From positions 1 to 57,120 of the forward strand of contig JAEEML010000037.1 of NCBI GenBank assembly GCA_016283195.1: a DNA stretch of 57,120 bases, in the 5' to 3' direction. Below the pieces are notes generated by a model. That model had not been told where the DNA came from, searched no databases, and was given only the letters and a program-made list of their open reading frames with translations. The DNA comes from Deltaproteobacteria bacterium. Its GTDB lineage: Bacteria; JAEEML01. Shown here one piece after another: positions 7,935 through 19,000 of the stretch; position 1 is the first letter of the stretch; each line of letters starts with the position of its first letter. Made by a program: the position numbers and the translations under genes.

Positions 7935-10739
7935 TTAGGCATTTTCGCCGGAGCGGGCTGCGCCAACTTTTTTATCCCAATCGAATTCTTCAATACCAAG
8001 CTCTCTTAATTTGGCTTGCTGTGAGGGCGAGAGGTTGACAAAGTTGCTGTTCATAGCTGCCGGCCATTTGCTGTTATCGGCTCGCTGGCGCCAGGAAATG
8101 GGCGACCAGCCAAGAGAAGAGACCACTGTGCGCTGCACCACGGAAAGCTCTTTCCATTCGAGGCCCAAAAGAGCTAGGAGCGGATGCTCGGGCTCTTTTT
8201 CCACTACTTCTTCGGTTTTAAGAACAGTTTTCAGTAGTGAGCTGGCTTTGCTGTTTTGCAAGGCGCTTTGGCTGACTTCCGGCGCCGGCGCAGCTCCTCT
8301 CGCGGCACCTAAGGGCGATTTATTGCCCAGCATTTGCCCGGCCGAACCGCCAATGACATTGGTGCGGGCGGCAGTGGCATCGCCGGAAATAACCACCTCT
8401 TCGGCTTGTTGCACGGGCTCCTGCGGGCCGGCGGCTTTAACTTGAGCTACAGCACTATCCCAAGCTTCCGGCGAAAAGCCGAGCTCTTTGGCCGAAGAGC
8501 GCTGAATAGAGGTGAGCTCGCTGAAATTGCGCGTCATAGCTGATGGCAGGCGGGCTCCGGAAAGTTTGCGCGAATTCCACATTTCGCGGGTATAACCGAG
8601 ATTTTTCAGGCAGTTGCGCTCATTGGGGGTGATGTCGGTCCACTCTGAGTCAAAGAGCTCGGCCATAGAGCGGATAGAAGAGCCGCTGGCGGTGCCGATA
8701 GCCGGCCCCTTTTCGTTGACAATCCGCGGCTGGCCGCCCAGCTCGGCATTGGTGCTGACAGGAATACCCCACTCGTTGGTCATGGGCTTAGCCACTTTGG
8801 GCTGCGCCGGCGCCGGGGCCGCTTGCGCCATGGCGCCAAGTCCGGCCGCTCCGCCCAGAGCTTGGGTAATGACACTGGCGGTGATATCGTTGACGACAGC
8901 TTGCAATTTAGAGAGATCGATATTGCCGCTGGCATCCAAAATGGCGGCCGGATTGATGCCGCCGGCCATAGCGCCGGCCATGGGAGCAGCTCCTGCTCCG
9001 ACTTTGCCGCCGGCGGCAAAAGCGGCCCCGCCGCCTAATTTGGAGAGATTGGCTGCCGCCTGGCCGCCGCCGCCAAAGAAGGCTCTGGTTGCGGCTTGGG
9101 ACTGGGCAGCAGTGGCTTTAAAGTAGCGCGGCGGCGGAGTTTTGGAGCGGGTGCTCTTGGCAGCGGCTTTGGCACTGGCCGGGGGCCGCCTGGTAGTGCG
9201 CAATTTGCGCTGGGCGGCTTTAGTGGCCTCCTTATATGTTTTGATGCGCTTTTCGGCAGCTTCGGCCCGCTCATTGTAAAATGCCAGTGTCTCCGGATCT
9301 AAGGAGCTATTTTCCGGCAGAGCCAAAGAGCCGCTCTTGGGCAATTTGGGCAGGTCGTTAAGATCTTCCAAATATTTGGCGCCGTTAAGGCTCTTTTCGT
9401 ATTGATTGAGCGCGAGACCCACACTCTTGAAATAATTCATAATTTTTGCGGTATTGGCCGAGCGGGCTTTGGAGCGGGCTTCCGGGTCGTCAATATCGCC
9501 GACATTTACCAAAGTGGGCGGAGAAGGCAAAAGCCCGGCCCTAGCTGCTGTCTTGGCAGCACCGAAATCGGCTTTGCCGCCGGCTTTGAGTTGCTTGCCG
9601 ATATCGCCTAAAAACTTATTGATGTTCGGCGGCTTTATAGTGGAAATATGCTGGGCCATCGCCTGAGTGGTCTCGGCAATCTCTTTGGGTCTCGCCTGGC
9701 CGACTGTAGCCATGGTCTTAGTTTGCTGAGTGGCCTTCATGCCCTGGAATTCTTTGGTATCAATGAGCTTTTCCAGGCTGGCTTTGGCTTTGCCGTCGCC
9801 GCCGGATTTAGCCAGAGCTTCGGTGGCTTTGCCCATAGCTGTGGGGGCCATGCTCTTAACCTTGGGGCTCTGTACAAAGTTCAGCATATTTTGCATACCT
9901 TCGCTGTTTTTGGCATCGGCGAAGGGGCGGAGCGAAAACTTGGCACTGCCCTTGGGCATCATGGAGAAGGCTTTGGAATCGGCAAAGTTGGCTGTATCAT
10001 TGGCCGCTTTGGTATTGCCCTCTTTGGCGTGTTTCATCGCGAGATTACTGACATCGCGCTTTAAGCTGGCCGGAGCCGCCGGATTCTTTAAAAAGTCGCT
10101 CTTAATGAGGCGCTCGGCTGTGGAACCGGCACCGGGAGTTTTAGCCATAGTAGCCAAAAGCTCGCCGGCCTGAGTTGGCGAAAAGGCTTTGGAGAAGTCC
10201 TGATTTTCCGAAACGCGGTTAAAGTTGGCAAGACCCATATTAGCCGTTTGCGGGCTCTTGATACAAGCCTCTTGCAAATTGCTCTGCTGTTCCGGCGTGA
10301 GTTTGACATTTTTATTGGTAATGGCCTTTTGAAAATTTTTGGCAAAAGAGGGATCTTTTTGCAATTTGTTCAAAAGGTCGGTGGCGTTTTTGGCGTCTTT
10401 GGCATCGAGGCGCTGCTGCTTGGCGGTACCTAAAAGCGATTCGCCTTCGCTCTTTAAGGAATCGGTAGCTACCTTTTGATCGTCTTTGGTATCAAAGGCA
10501 GTTACTTGCACTTTGTTTTCAATAGCCGCTTTTTCCTTGGTTTGGGCGGTGCTTCTCGTGGTTTGTGTGGCTGTAGCCGCTTTGTTTTCTTCCTGCTTTT
10601 TTATATCTTTTTTGCGCAGGGCCTCAAGTGACTTATCGCCATCTTCCTGAATTTGCTGGCTTTCATTTTGATTTGATGTAGCAAAATTTTGCGATTCGAT
10701 TGAGGCAATATTGACATCTACCGCTCTAACTCCGGCCAT
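7935..10739 (-). CDS. Hypothetical 934-aa protein, candidate secreted substrate with Trp-Leu-Gly repeats
   Basis: Long ORF with RBS AAGGGG; polar disordered N-terminus with no Sec signal; helical repeats; four [WF]xx[LI][TS]xx[QE]-x6-LG-x5-W units near the C-terminus. Confidence 0.75.
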   Translation of the reverse strand: MAGVRAVDVNIASIESQNFATSNQNESQQIQEDGDKSLEALRKKDIKKQEENKAATATQTTRSTAQTKEKAAIENKVQVTAFDTKDDQKVATDSLKSEGESLLGTAKQQRLDAKDAKNATDLLNKLQKDPSFAKNFQKAITNKNVKLTPEQQSNLQEACIKSPQTANMGLANFNRVSENQDFSKAFSPTQAGELLATMAKTPGAGSTAERLIKSDFLKNPAAPASLKRDVSNLAMKHAKEGNTKAANDTANFADSKAFSMMPKGSAKFSLRPFADAKNSEGMQNMLNFVQSPKVKSMAPTAMGKATEALAKSGGDGKAKASLEKLIDTKEFQGMKATQQTKTMATVGQARPKEIAETTQAMAQHISTIKPPNINKFLGDIGKQLKAGGKADFGAAKTAARAGLLPSPPTLVNVGDIDDPEARSKARSANTAKIMNYFKSVGLALNQYEKSLNGAKYLEDLNDLPKLPKSGSLALPENSSLDPETLAFYNERAEAAEKRIKTYKEATKAAQRKLRTTRRPPASAKAAAKSTRSKTPPPRYFKATAAQSQAATRAFFGGGGQAAANLSKLGGGAAFAAGGKVGAGAAPMAGAMAGGINPAAILDASGNIDLSKLQAVVNDITASVITQALGGAAGLGAMAQAAPAPAQPKVAKPMTNEWGIPVSTNAELGGQPRIVNEKGPAIGTASGSSIRSMAELFDSEWTDITPNERNCLKNLGYTREMWNSRKLSGARLPSAMTRNFSELTSIQRSSAKELGFSPEAWDSAVAQVKAAGPQEPVQQAEEVVISGDATAARTNVIGGSAGQMLGNKSPLGAARGAAPAPEVSQSALQNSKASSLLKTVLKTEEVVEKEPEHPLLALLGLEWKELSVVQRTVVSSLGWSPISWRQRADNSKWPAAMNSNFVNLSPSQQAKLRELGIEEFDWDKKVGAARSGENA

Positions 10740-10803
10740 GATAATCCCCTTTAAGCAGGTAGCTCAGTTTTACTTTTACGAGCTACAACTCTACTTATAC
10801 CGT

Positions 10804-10830
10804 TTATCGGCCAAAATGGGCTATAGTTTC
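10804..10830 (-). promoter_or_regulatory. Putative FliA/sigma28-type promoter GAAAC-N14-GCCGATAA
   Basis: Perfect sigma28 -10 octamer, 15 nt after a GAAA -35, upstream of the 934-aa gene. Confidence 0.55.
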
Positions 10831-10861
10831 TTGCAATATGTGAGTGCTTTGTGTGCTTTTT

Positions 10862-12220
10862 TTAGTGCGGAAATTGGATTCTGGCCAATTTTTCGGCCGC
10901 ATCACAGGTGGGATCAAACAAGAGTTCCACTGAAGCGATATTGCTTAAACGGGTAGTCATGCTTTCCACAATGCCGTAAGAAATACCGTCGATAAAACCT
11001 TGCAAAGGCCGGCGATGGGCATCCAGGGCTTTGATAAATACCTGGCTGGAAAGCGGCAAGACAACCGGGCGGAAAAAGCTCGGAGAAAGCACATTGGAGC
11101 CAACTAAGAGCTGCGCACCGGAAGCGAGAGGAATCGGTGCTGCTCCCATAGCCCGGGCATAAGAGGTGGAACCGGCGGCTGTGGCAACCAAAACACCGTC
11201 GGCCACCAGATTTTCCAGGCGACTATGGCCATCTATGGAAACTGCCAGATGAGCCGTTTGGCCGCTGGCTCTTTCCACCCAGGCGTCATTAAAGGCCAGA
11301 GCGCTTTTGTGGCCGTCCGCGCCTTCAACTTCAACGCGCAGCAGCGGCAAATGTTCCACTAAAAGGCGGCGTTTTTCACCGGGAACAAAAGGAATTTCAT
11401 TAAGCAAAAAGCCCAAATGTCCGGTGTTTATGCCATAAAAAGGAGCGCGTTTCCGCCAATGCTGGCGGATGGCGTGCAGCATCGTGCCGTCACCGCCGAT
11501 AGCAATGATAAGATCGGGAGACTTTTCTTCGCTCTTGGGGAAAGTGGCCGCAAGAGCACAGGCCCGCTCGTTTTTGGGGTCAAAAACTATCAGCGGCTTT
11601 TCTGAGGTAATTTCCGCCATATAATGCATTTGTGGCGGAATACCGCGATAGAGGTGGTGGCGCTCTATGTAAGCGGCGCACTTTTCTTCCAGCCGGCCGT
11701 CCACCGGGTCATCATTATAGAGCCTTTTTCTGAGCTTTAAGCTGTTGCCGGTGCAATTTACTTTGATTAAGCGGCTGTTGGGCGGCAAATCGGCATTATC
11801 TATTTCCTGATCTTCTTCAATGACTACGGCAAAATGGGCGTTTTCCCATAACTTATGGCCATTTAACCATTGGCTTTGAATGGGCGAATGGCCGTTTTTT
11901 CCGCCTTTTATCATCTCTGAATAGACTACCAGCCAGGGTTCTCCCTGTTCGGCATAGCGAGCCAAAAGGGCTTCCGGTTCTTCCAAAATGCCCTCTTCAA
12001 TGGCGCTTAAATCAATAACCAGATCTTTTATATGGCCAAAGGCCAGGTCGATGAGCGCGGCGCGGTGATAAGAGGGAATATCGCCGCCCAGGGGATAAGT
12101 GGGGCTAGCACCGTTGGGAGCGATAACCACCAGATCAAAAATCTTTTTTAAAGTCTCTATCTGCCTTAAGTGGTGGATGCCCGGCGGATTAAACCAATTG
12201 TTAAAAAGGGCTATTTCCAT
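10862..12220 (-). CDS. NAD kinase fused to an N-terminal NadD-like nucleotidyltransferase domain
   Basis: GGDGTML, GHLGFL, FND, DGVLVATAAGSTSYA; N-terminus FNNWFNPPGIHH ... YIERHHLY resembles NadD. Confidence 0.88.
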   Translation of the reverse strand: MEIALFNNWFNPPGIHHLRQIETLKKIFDLVVIAPNGASPTYPLGGDIPSYHRAALIDLAFGHIKDLVIDLSAIEEGILEEPEALLARYAEQGEPWLVVYSEMIKGGKNGHSPIQSQWLNGHKLWENAHFAVVIEEDQEIDNADLPPNSRLIKVNCTGNSLKLRKRLYNDDPVDGRLEEKCAAYIERHHLYRGIPPQMHYMAEITSEKPLIVFDPKNERACALAATFPKSEEKSPDLIIAIGGDGTMLHAIRQHWRKRAPFYGINTGHLGFLLNEIPFVPGEKRRLLVEHLPLLRVEVEGADGHKSALAFNDAWVERASGQTAHLAVSIDGHSRLENLVADGVLVATAAGSTSYARAMGAAPIPLASGAQLLVGSNVLSPSFFRPVVLPLSSQVFIKALDAHRRPLQGFIDGISYGIVESMTTRLSNIASVELLFDPTCDAAEKLARIQFPH

Positions 12221-12259
12221 AGCTCTCCCTCCAGCGGAAGCATAATAAGACCAGTGGCG

Positions 12260-13066
12260 CTATAAAGTAAAACGCAATTCCGCTCCGATATTATGAGCCC
12301 TTGGGCGGTCAAAATAAAAGCCAGGGTGGGGCATAAAATGGTAACGCGCCCCCAGTGATAAAAGGTGATGGCGCTTGCCGTTTTGCCATGTATAACCGGT
12401 ACTTAGGTCGATTCCCGGCTTGGCTCCGCCCTCAAACCAAATGGGCATGCGGGCTCTTAAAAATGGCCAGTGATTTTCGGCATAAGTAGCTTTAAAAAGC
12501 ACCCCGAATTCCACTTTGCCTCTAAGTTCATGGCGGCGAATATGGTGCCAAAACCAGTCATAAGCTGTGGCTACGGTGAGCCACTTTAAGGGCGCATATT
12601 GCACTTCAAAGCGCACCGATTCATAACTTATAGCGCGAAATTTATAAGCCAGATCGCCGGGAAAGCCATCGGCCTGGTGGGCGGAAAGGTGCAAAACGGG
12701 ATAGAGGCGCACAGCCAGCTTTTCTTGCCAGGTGGCGGCAAAATAGGGGCCCAGTTCGGCATAAAAATTATCCACGGCAAAGCGAATGCCGATGGGCAAC
12801 ATATAAATATGGGTGAGAGCCACCAGGCCAAAATCAAAACGCCAGTCGGTGACATTTAGGGAAACTATGGGAAAATCCACCCCGAAATTGCCGCGCACAC
12901 TAACATGGCTGTTATCGGCTCCTATGTGCAAATAGCTATCGTAATCGGCGGAAAACACAGAATATTTTAAGGTTGGTTCTTCAAAAAAAGTGAAGGTAAA
13001 AGCGCTGCTAAAAAGCCAGATAGCCGCAAAAGTGCCAAAAAGGTAAAAGCGCCTTAAATTAGCCAT
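12260..13066 (-). CDS. DUF1207-like outer-membrane beta-barrel protein (start revised to MANLRRF)
   Basis: Signal peptide from 13066; HLSAHQADG resembles the DUF1207 HxSxHxxD motif; amphipathic strands, terminal RFTL. Confidence 0.6.
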   Translation of the reverse strand: MANLRRFYLFGTFAAIWLFSSAFTFTFFEEPTLKYSVFSADYDSYLHIGADNSHVSVRGNFGVDFPIVSLNVTDWRFDFGLVALTHIYMLPIGIRFAVDNFYAELGPYFAATWQEKLAVRLYPVLHLSAHQADGFPGDLAYKFRAISYESVRFEVQYAPLKWLTVATAYDWFWHHIRRHELRGKVEFGVLFKATYAENHWPFLRARMPIWFEGGAKPGIDLSTGYTWQNGKRHHLLSLGARYHFMPHPGFYFDRPRAHNIGAELRFTL

Positions 13067-14537
13067 TGGCACTTCCGTCATTGGCGGCCGGGGCGGCTTG
13101 GTCTGCGGGAGTTTCCTGTGGCATAGGCGCTGTTTCTTGCGGGGCGCTTGTTTCTTCTTCGGCTGCCGGTGCAACGCCGTTTTCATCTGCTTTTTGCGCC
13201 TCTTCCCGGGGGGCATTATCTGCCGTAGCCGCTTTTTCTTCTGCTACTGTTTTTGAAGAGGCAGCTGTTTCCGGTTCTGCGCTCTCTTCGGTTTCCGGTG
13301 CAGTTTCGCTGGCTTTTATCTCTTCTTCTTCTTCTTCTTCTTCTTTCATTAAATCGCTATTAGTTACCCTTGATTCGGTAAAGACGGGCTCGGAAAAAGC
13401 CACCGGATAGCGCTGCGCCTGATTATGCGGCGCCTGGAAGGGGTAAGCTTTGCGCTTTTCGAATTCTATTTTCCTCTTAGGTAATTTGCGCCCGGCTTCC
13501 CGGGCGGCGCGCCGCTCGCGCTCACCGTGGACAAAGCGTTTAAAGCGCCCGCCGTCAAGGCCCACTTTCCAAATGAGGCTATAAGCATATTCCACAGTTT
13601 CTTCAAAGATATACATGCGCGCGCCCAGCACCAGATCGCTGGGACCGATTTGAAAAGCGCGCTCCGCCCAGAGCTGCCAGAGTGGCTCTTTGGTGCGGTA
13701 AAGTGTGTTGCCCATTTCGATAATAAGCGGATTTTTCGTGAGTGTTTGGTAGTATGAAAAGCCCATATCCACGGCATAGAGGCGCCATAGGAGGGAAAGC
13801 TCTATACCGGAACCGATATTGGTGAGCTCATGTTTAGACCTATCTGGCACCGAAATGGCCAGCAAGCCGGAAGCGCTGCCGCCTACGCCCCAATATTTGC
13901 CCCATGGATGAAAATATTCGGCCGTGAGCTGAAAACTCACATTGTCGGCCACCGACTGCCCGGCATCATAGAGCTGGCCGCCGTGGTGCGATTCCAAGAC
14001 ATCTAGCTCAGCATGGAAATTTTTCACATCCACCTCGGTGCGCGAGCCGGCAGCAAAAAATTCTCTATGCTTCTCGGTATTTAAGAGGTACCAGGAGATC
14101 CAAAATTCCTGGTAAAAATGGCGCCCTTTGTAGCCTACCTGGGCGCCGGTATCGAGTGGCTGCTCCAGAGTGCGATCGCGATAATAGAGGGCATCGGAGA
14201 GGCCAAAGCGGTCTTCATTGTGCAACATACCGCCGGTGATAAACCAAGGCCCTTTTTTGGCTTCAATGCGCATCCAGGGAGCCAGCTGATCAACAATTTT
14301 TTCCGAGCCGAACTCGGTTCTAAGGTAAAAACCGGCTTCGATATGAAGCGGCCCCACATCATGCCAAATATAGGCGGCGCCGCTGGTGCCAAAGAGCGAA
14401 TAGCCCTCGCGGAAGCGGTTGAAGTGCTCCAGATTATCCATATAAAAGTTAAAATCGAGGCGCGGTGTAAAAGCCTTGGCCGGAACGGTAGCCAAAAGCA
14501 AGGCAGCCAAAGTGGCCAGTTGGAGAAGTTTTTTCAT
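13059..14537 (-). CDS. Putative outer-membrane beta-barrel protein with acidic disordered C-terminal tail
   Basis: Signal peptide ending AKA; aromatic alternating strands; poly-Glu and Ala/Glu/Pro-rich tail. Confidence 0.7.
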   Translation of the reverse strand: MKKLLQLATLAALLLATVPAKAFTPRLDFNFYMDNLEHFNRFREGYSLFGTSGAAYIWHDVGPLHIEAGFYLRTEFGSEKIVDQLAPWMRIEAKKGPWFITGGMLHNEDRFGLSDALYYRDRTLEQPLDTGAQVGYKGRHFYQEFWISWYLLNTEKHREFFAAGSRTEVDVKNFHAELDVLESHHGGQLYDAGQSVADNVSFQLTAEYFHPWGKYWGVGGSASGLLAISVPDRSKHELTNIGSGIELSLLWRLYAVDMGFSYYQTLTKNPLIIEMGNTLYRTKEPLWQLWAERAFQIGPSDLVLGARMYIFEETVEYAYSLIWKVGLDGGRFKRFVHGERERRAAREAGRKLPKRKIEFEKRKAYPFQAPHNQAQRYPVAFSEPVFTESRVTNSDLMKEEEEEEEEIKASETAPETEESAEPETAASSKTVAEEKAATADNAPREEAQKADENGVAPAAEEETSAPQETAPMPQETPADQAAPAANDGSANG

Positions 14538-14669
14538 AAAATCCTCTGATAATGTATAGTTTTATACCAAAAAGGTCCGGAGTATGAGTCCAAACACACT
14601 GCCGGCCCTTTTATCGCCATAATTTGGCAAAGGTCAATAGCTGAGCGTTATTAATCATAAAGCGCCATG

Positions 14670-16019
14670 CTATTTTCCGAGGCAAAAATGGCTGAAAATC
14701 TCGCTCAAAACCTCTTCGCTCACTGCCCGGCCGGTGAGTTCCGCCAATATTTTTTCAATTCTTGTGAGTTCATCGCTCACCAAAAGGCCCCACTCCGGTA
14801 AATTAAGCGCCTCCATAGCCAGTCGGCACTCGGCGGCCAGTTCGGCCATGAGGGAAGCCTGACGGGCACTCGTGAGTAACCCTTTTTCACCGGCTTTGGG
14901 AGCCATATCCCCCACAATCGCGGCCACTTTTTGAGTAAGCTCATGAAGGCCGGCTCCGCTTTTGGCCGAAATAGCGAGAGCCGCATCCGGCTTTTTAAAT
15001 TCCGGCAGATCGGCTTTGGTAGCTAAAATTATATGCGGTATATCTTGGGAAAAATCCGGGAGAAGTGGGGCTTCCTTAGCTGTGCCATCGAGCAGCGAGA
15101 GAATAATATCAGCTTTACTTAGCTGCTCGCGGCTACGCTTTTGAGCCGCGGCATCGAGAGCATCTTGAGCCTCACCAAGCCCGGCTGTATCGGTTAAAAG
15201 CACTTTATAATCGCCCACCACCCAGGGAACTTCCACAAAATCCCTTGTAGTTCCGGCAATTTCCGATACCAGCAGGCGCTCGCTGCCGATAAGGGCATTA
15301 ATAAGTGTGGATTTGCCGGCATTAGGTGCGCCGATAAGCACCACTTTGAGGCCACGGGCCAGACGCATAGCGGCTTTTTGCTCTTTAATAAGCTCATCGC
15401 TTAAAGCGGCCAGTTCTTGTAAAATAGCGGTAATGGGCCCCTTCTCCGGCAATTCAACATCATCCGGGTAATCGAGAGCGGCTTGTAAAGTAGCTTGCAA
15501 AGAGATGAGCCGCTCAGTAAAAATATTAAGTGTTTTCCCCAGCTTGCCTTCTACTTCCCGCAAAAAGCCGCCATCTTCAGCCATAACCTCATTGCTTAAA
15601 AGGCGGCTTAGAGCCTCTACTTGCAAAAGGTCCATTTTACCCTTTAAAAAGGCTCTTTCGGAAAATTCTCCCGGCCGGGCCAGGCGCGCTCCCTGGCGAA
15701 TAGCCAGGTTAATGACGGCCTCAATAATTTGCGGATTGCCATGGGTGTGAATTTCCGCCAGTTCCTCACCGGTATAAGTATGCGGCGGAGGCATCAAAAC
15801 GGCCAAAACCTGATCCAGCGGCCGCCCGTTTTCGGGATCGACAATATTGCCCAGATACAGCTTCCAGTAAGCTAGATTTTTGGCTCTATAGGGGCGGAAA
15901 ATGCGCCGCACCAAAGCATGAACTCCGCTACCGGAGAGGCGAATTACCGCTACCGCACTCACTCCGGCCGGTGTTGCCGGAGCAATGATCATCTCACCGT
16001 TTCCTGCTCCCAGTTGCAT
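14670..16019 (-). CDS. mnmE: tRNA modification GTPase MnmE
   Basis: VIRLSG, YTGEELAEIHTHG, GEFSERAF, GAPNAGKST, GTTRD, DTAG, C-terminal FCLGK. Confidence 0.97.
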   Translation of the reverse strand: MQLGAGNGEMIIAPATPAGVSAVAVIRLSGSGVHALVRRIFRPYRAKNLAYWKLYLGNIVDPENGRPLDQVLAVLMPPPHTYTGEELAEIHTHGNPQIIEAVINLAIRQGARLARPGEFSERAFLKGKMDLLQVEALSRLLSNEVMAEDGGFLREVEGKLGKTLNIFTERLISLQATLQAALDYPDDVELPEKGPITAILQELAALSDELIKEQKAAMRLARGLKVVLIGAPNAGKSTLINALIGSERLLVSEIAGTTRDFVEVPWVVGDYKVLLTDTAGLGEAQDALDAAAQKRSREQLSKADIILSLLDGTAKEAPLLPDFSQDIPHIILATKADLPEFKKPDAALAISAKSGAGLHELTQKVAAIVGDMAPKAGEKGLLTSARQASLMAELAAECRLAMEALNLPEWGLLVSDELTRIEKILAELTGRAVSEEVLSEIFSHFCLGK

Positions 16020-16023
16020 GATT

Positions 16024-19000
16024 TTACTTCTGCTCTTTTTGTTTGGGTAAATTCACCAGCAGAGCGTCTTCTCCCCGCTTGGCTACTTTTATCAGCGCTT
16101 CGCGGTAAGCCGGATAATCTTCGGGCGAAATTTGCGGCAAAAGGCGCTTATAAGCACTATTAATTTTTACTTCGCGCCCGCTTGCCAGGCTTTGCCGTTC
16201 GGTTAAAAGCATACCGGCTATTTCCTCTTTAAAATCAGGTGGTAAGAAGGTCACTTTGGCTTTTTCCGGCAAGCGCACTGTGAGCTCGCTTTCATAGCCT
16301 TCGAGCCCCAAATACCAGAGCGGATAAAGGCGCGTTTCCAGTTTTACTTCGGCATTTTTAGGCAGCATATAAGGCAGCGGCAAGCGGATATCCGCCCCCT
16401 GGAGACTTATGCTCTGGCTGATATCCAGTTGCATAATAAGCTCCAGTGGCTTTTCTATCTCCTTGGCATTATTGGCTTTTACCGACATCAGGCTGGAGCC
16501 GGTAAAAAAGCTGTCGGAAAGGCGCATAAAGAATAATCTGGCCATTTCATCATTGCGCAAAACCTGGCGCACTGTAGAACCAAGCTGCCCGCGCATAATG
16601 AATTTAACCTGTGCATAAGCGCGGGTTTCGTCTTCCAAATCCACTTCCACAAAGAGGCTTTTTTTCTCCTTTTCCGGAGGGGCAAAAGGAATGCGCTCAA
16701 AGCGGTAAGCCCCGCTTTTTACATCCATTATCAGGGTGAGCGCTCCTTGATCGTCGAGGCGCAAATTGCCCAAATCGAGAGCATCGACCGTGGGATCCAT
16801 AAAAAAGCCCTCTTCAATACCATCCTGCTTGGGTACATAGGTTATGGCATGATTAAATTGCTGAATAGGCAGATCTTTTTGCACTTCGCCGTATGGCCGC
16901 GTCAAAACAGATACATAATCCACTTTGAGGCCGATAGCTTCGCTCATGGCAATAAGCAGGAGGGCTTTATCCTTGCAATCGCCGTAACCCCGTTCCAAAA
17001 CCAGCCCCGGGGCATGCGGGCGCACGCCGGCAATGGTGTTTTCATAATCATTCTGATAGCGAATTTCGCTGCTGACATAAGTATATAACTTCCAGAATTT
17101 ATTTAGTTTTCCCTCTGTGTCTTTGGTTAGCTCCAGGCTGAGATCCGTTATCTTTTGCTCTTTTTGTAAAGCCGCTGTAATAAGGCTTTTATCCCAGGCA
17201 ACATACTCATCCCAAGTGGGCACGGTGGTTACTACAACTTTGGCTAAATAATCTCTGAGCGGCGGCATACTGGCTTCGCGCACCATTGGTTTTACATGTT
17301 TAGCGCTAAATTCATAAAGAGTATAATCGCCGGCATCGTGAGTCTTAAGCTCCACTATATCCGGTTTGTTATAGAGCAGGGGCTTATCCTTGGGCACAGC
17401 TAAGAGCCAAATTGAGCTCTCATGCTGATTTTCCACTCCCTGGAAAAACCAGGCCGAAGAGTAGTGCTGGGGCAAAAAGGCCTCTTGCGGCGCATAGTGT
17501 ACATATTGCACCACGGTGCTGGAACCCACTTCTACTCCCCGGAAACGAATAACGTTATTTCTGATTGAGGCGGCTTCCTGGCGGCTGCCGTCGGGCTGAC
17601 GGGCATAGGCTTCCAGGATTTTTATGCTGCCGCTGGTGGGCAGGTTTTCGGCGATGATGGCATCGCGTCCTTCGGTGTTTAAGGCCCGCGTAATCTGAGT
17701 TACCACCCGCTTATAACTGCCATCGCGGTTAACTATGGTAATTTCATGGTCCAGGAGAAAGGCTTTGCTGGCTCCGGGGTAATATTCCAACTCATTACTT
17801 TTGTTGATTATTTCTTCAATATCGCTATCTTTGGGCAGATATTTGGCCACTAAATCGGTGTTGTTGTTTTGTAAATAATCAATAAGTTCTGCCAGGTTAT
17901 GATTTTGCGGATCGCGCGTTAAAGCCTCCTTGTAATAAGCCAGGGCCGCTTCTTTTTGCCCCTCTTCGCGCGCTATATTTCCCAGCATTTGGTGGGGTTT
18001 AGCCCAATCGGGATCCTGCTCGCCAAGTACCTTTAAGAGCTCGGCTGCCGCTTGATATTTTTTTTGCCGTGAGCGGATAGCGGCTACTTTGGTGGCGACA
18101 TTTTTACTTATCGGCTCCTTCCCAGGCTCGCCGCCCAAAAGTTTAAGGCCGTATTCTTCAGCCTCTTTATAGGCTTTATCTCTGGAATAATAGTTAAATA
18201 ATTTATCAAGTGCCCATGGGGAAGCCGGCTCTTTTTTCAGCCAGTTTTTTAAAAGTGTCAGCGCTTCGTTTTTATAGCCCATATCTTCGGCCAGGGTGAT
18301 GCGCTTTTGGGCCAGCCAGATGAGATCGGGAATGTTTTTATCGGCCTCAAGAAGCGCTGCTTTGGCCTCATTATTCCACCCGCGGCGTTCAAGAAATTCT
18401 ACTTCGCTGATCTGGGCCAGGCGGTTAGCGGGAGCTTTTTGCTTAACAAGGGCCAAATCGCCCAAAGCTCTGTCCCAAATTTCTTTGTCGGCGTAGTAAT
18501 TGGCTCTCATGGTTAAAAGCGCCGGGAGGGCTTCATCATCGCTACTTAAACTCTTTTGCAAAACATCGAGCGCTTTGCCGGCATAACTGTTTTTTAAATA
18601 GGTATTGGCGGCGAAATAAGTATAAAGCGGATTGGAGAGAGACTCATTATTTTGCAATAATTCCTGAGCATGGCGCAGCCTTGCCTGCATGTGGGCCGTT
18701 TCTATTTGTCTTAAAAGCGGCGCTTTACTTAGGGGCTTTTCGGTGCCCTCTATTTTCGGCGGTAAAACATTTAAAGTGGCTGTTTTTTGCGCCGCCGGCG
18801 CAGGAAATTCTTGGTCTATGGCGGAGGTTGGCAGATAAACCGGCTTATTTTGGGCGTCCAGGAAGTAAGCTCTAAGTGACCACTCTTGTGATAAAATAGC
18901 GGTTTTTATAAGTATTTTATTCCAGCCGGCTTTAAGCTTAAGAGGCAGAATAATATTATCGAAATTAGTATTGCCCGCCGAAATATATTCATCGCTGAAA

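Noticed and set aside
7935..10739. T3SS translocator (SctE/SctB) assignment
   Set aside because: No clear paired TM helices and no adjacent class II chaperone.
12260..13216. Longer ORF-track starts (13216, 22012, 40239, 49176, 51902)
   Set aside because: Downstream ATGs have better RBS or signal peptides and avoid long overlaps.
13321..13345. GAA microsatellite as a phase-variation switch
   Set aside because: In-frame triplet encoding poly-Glu in a disordered tail; slippage would not shift the frame.
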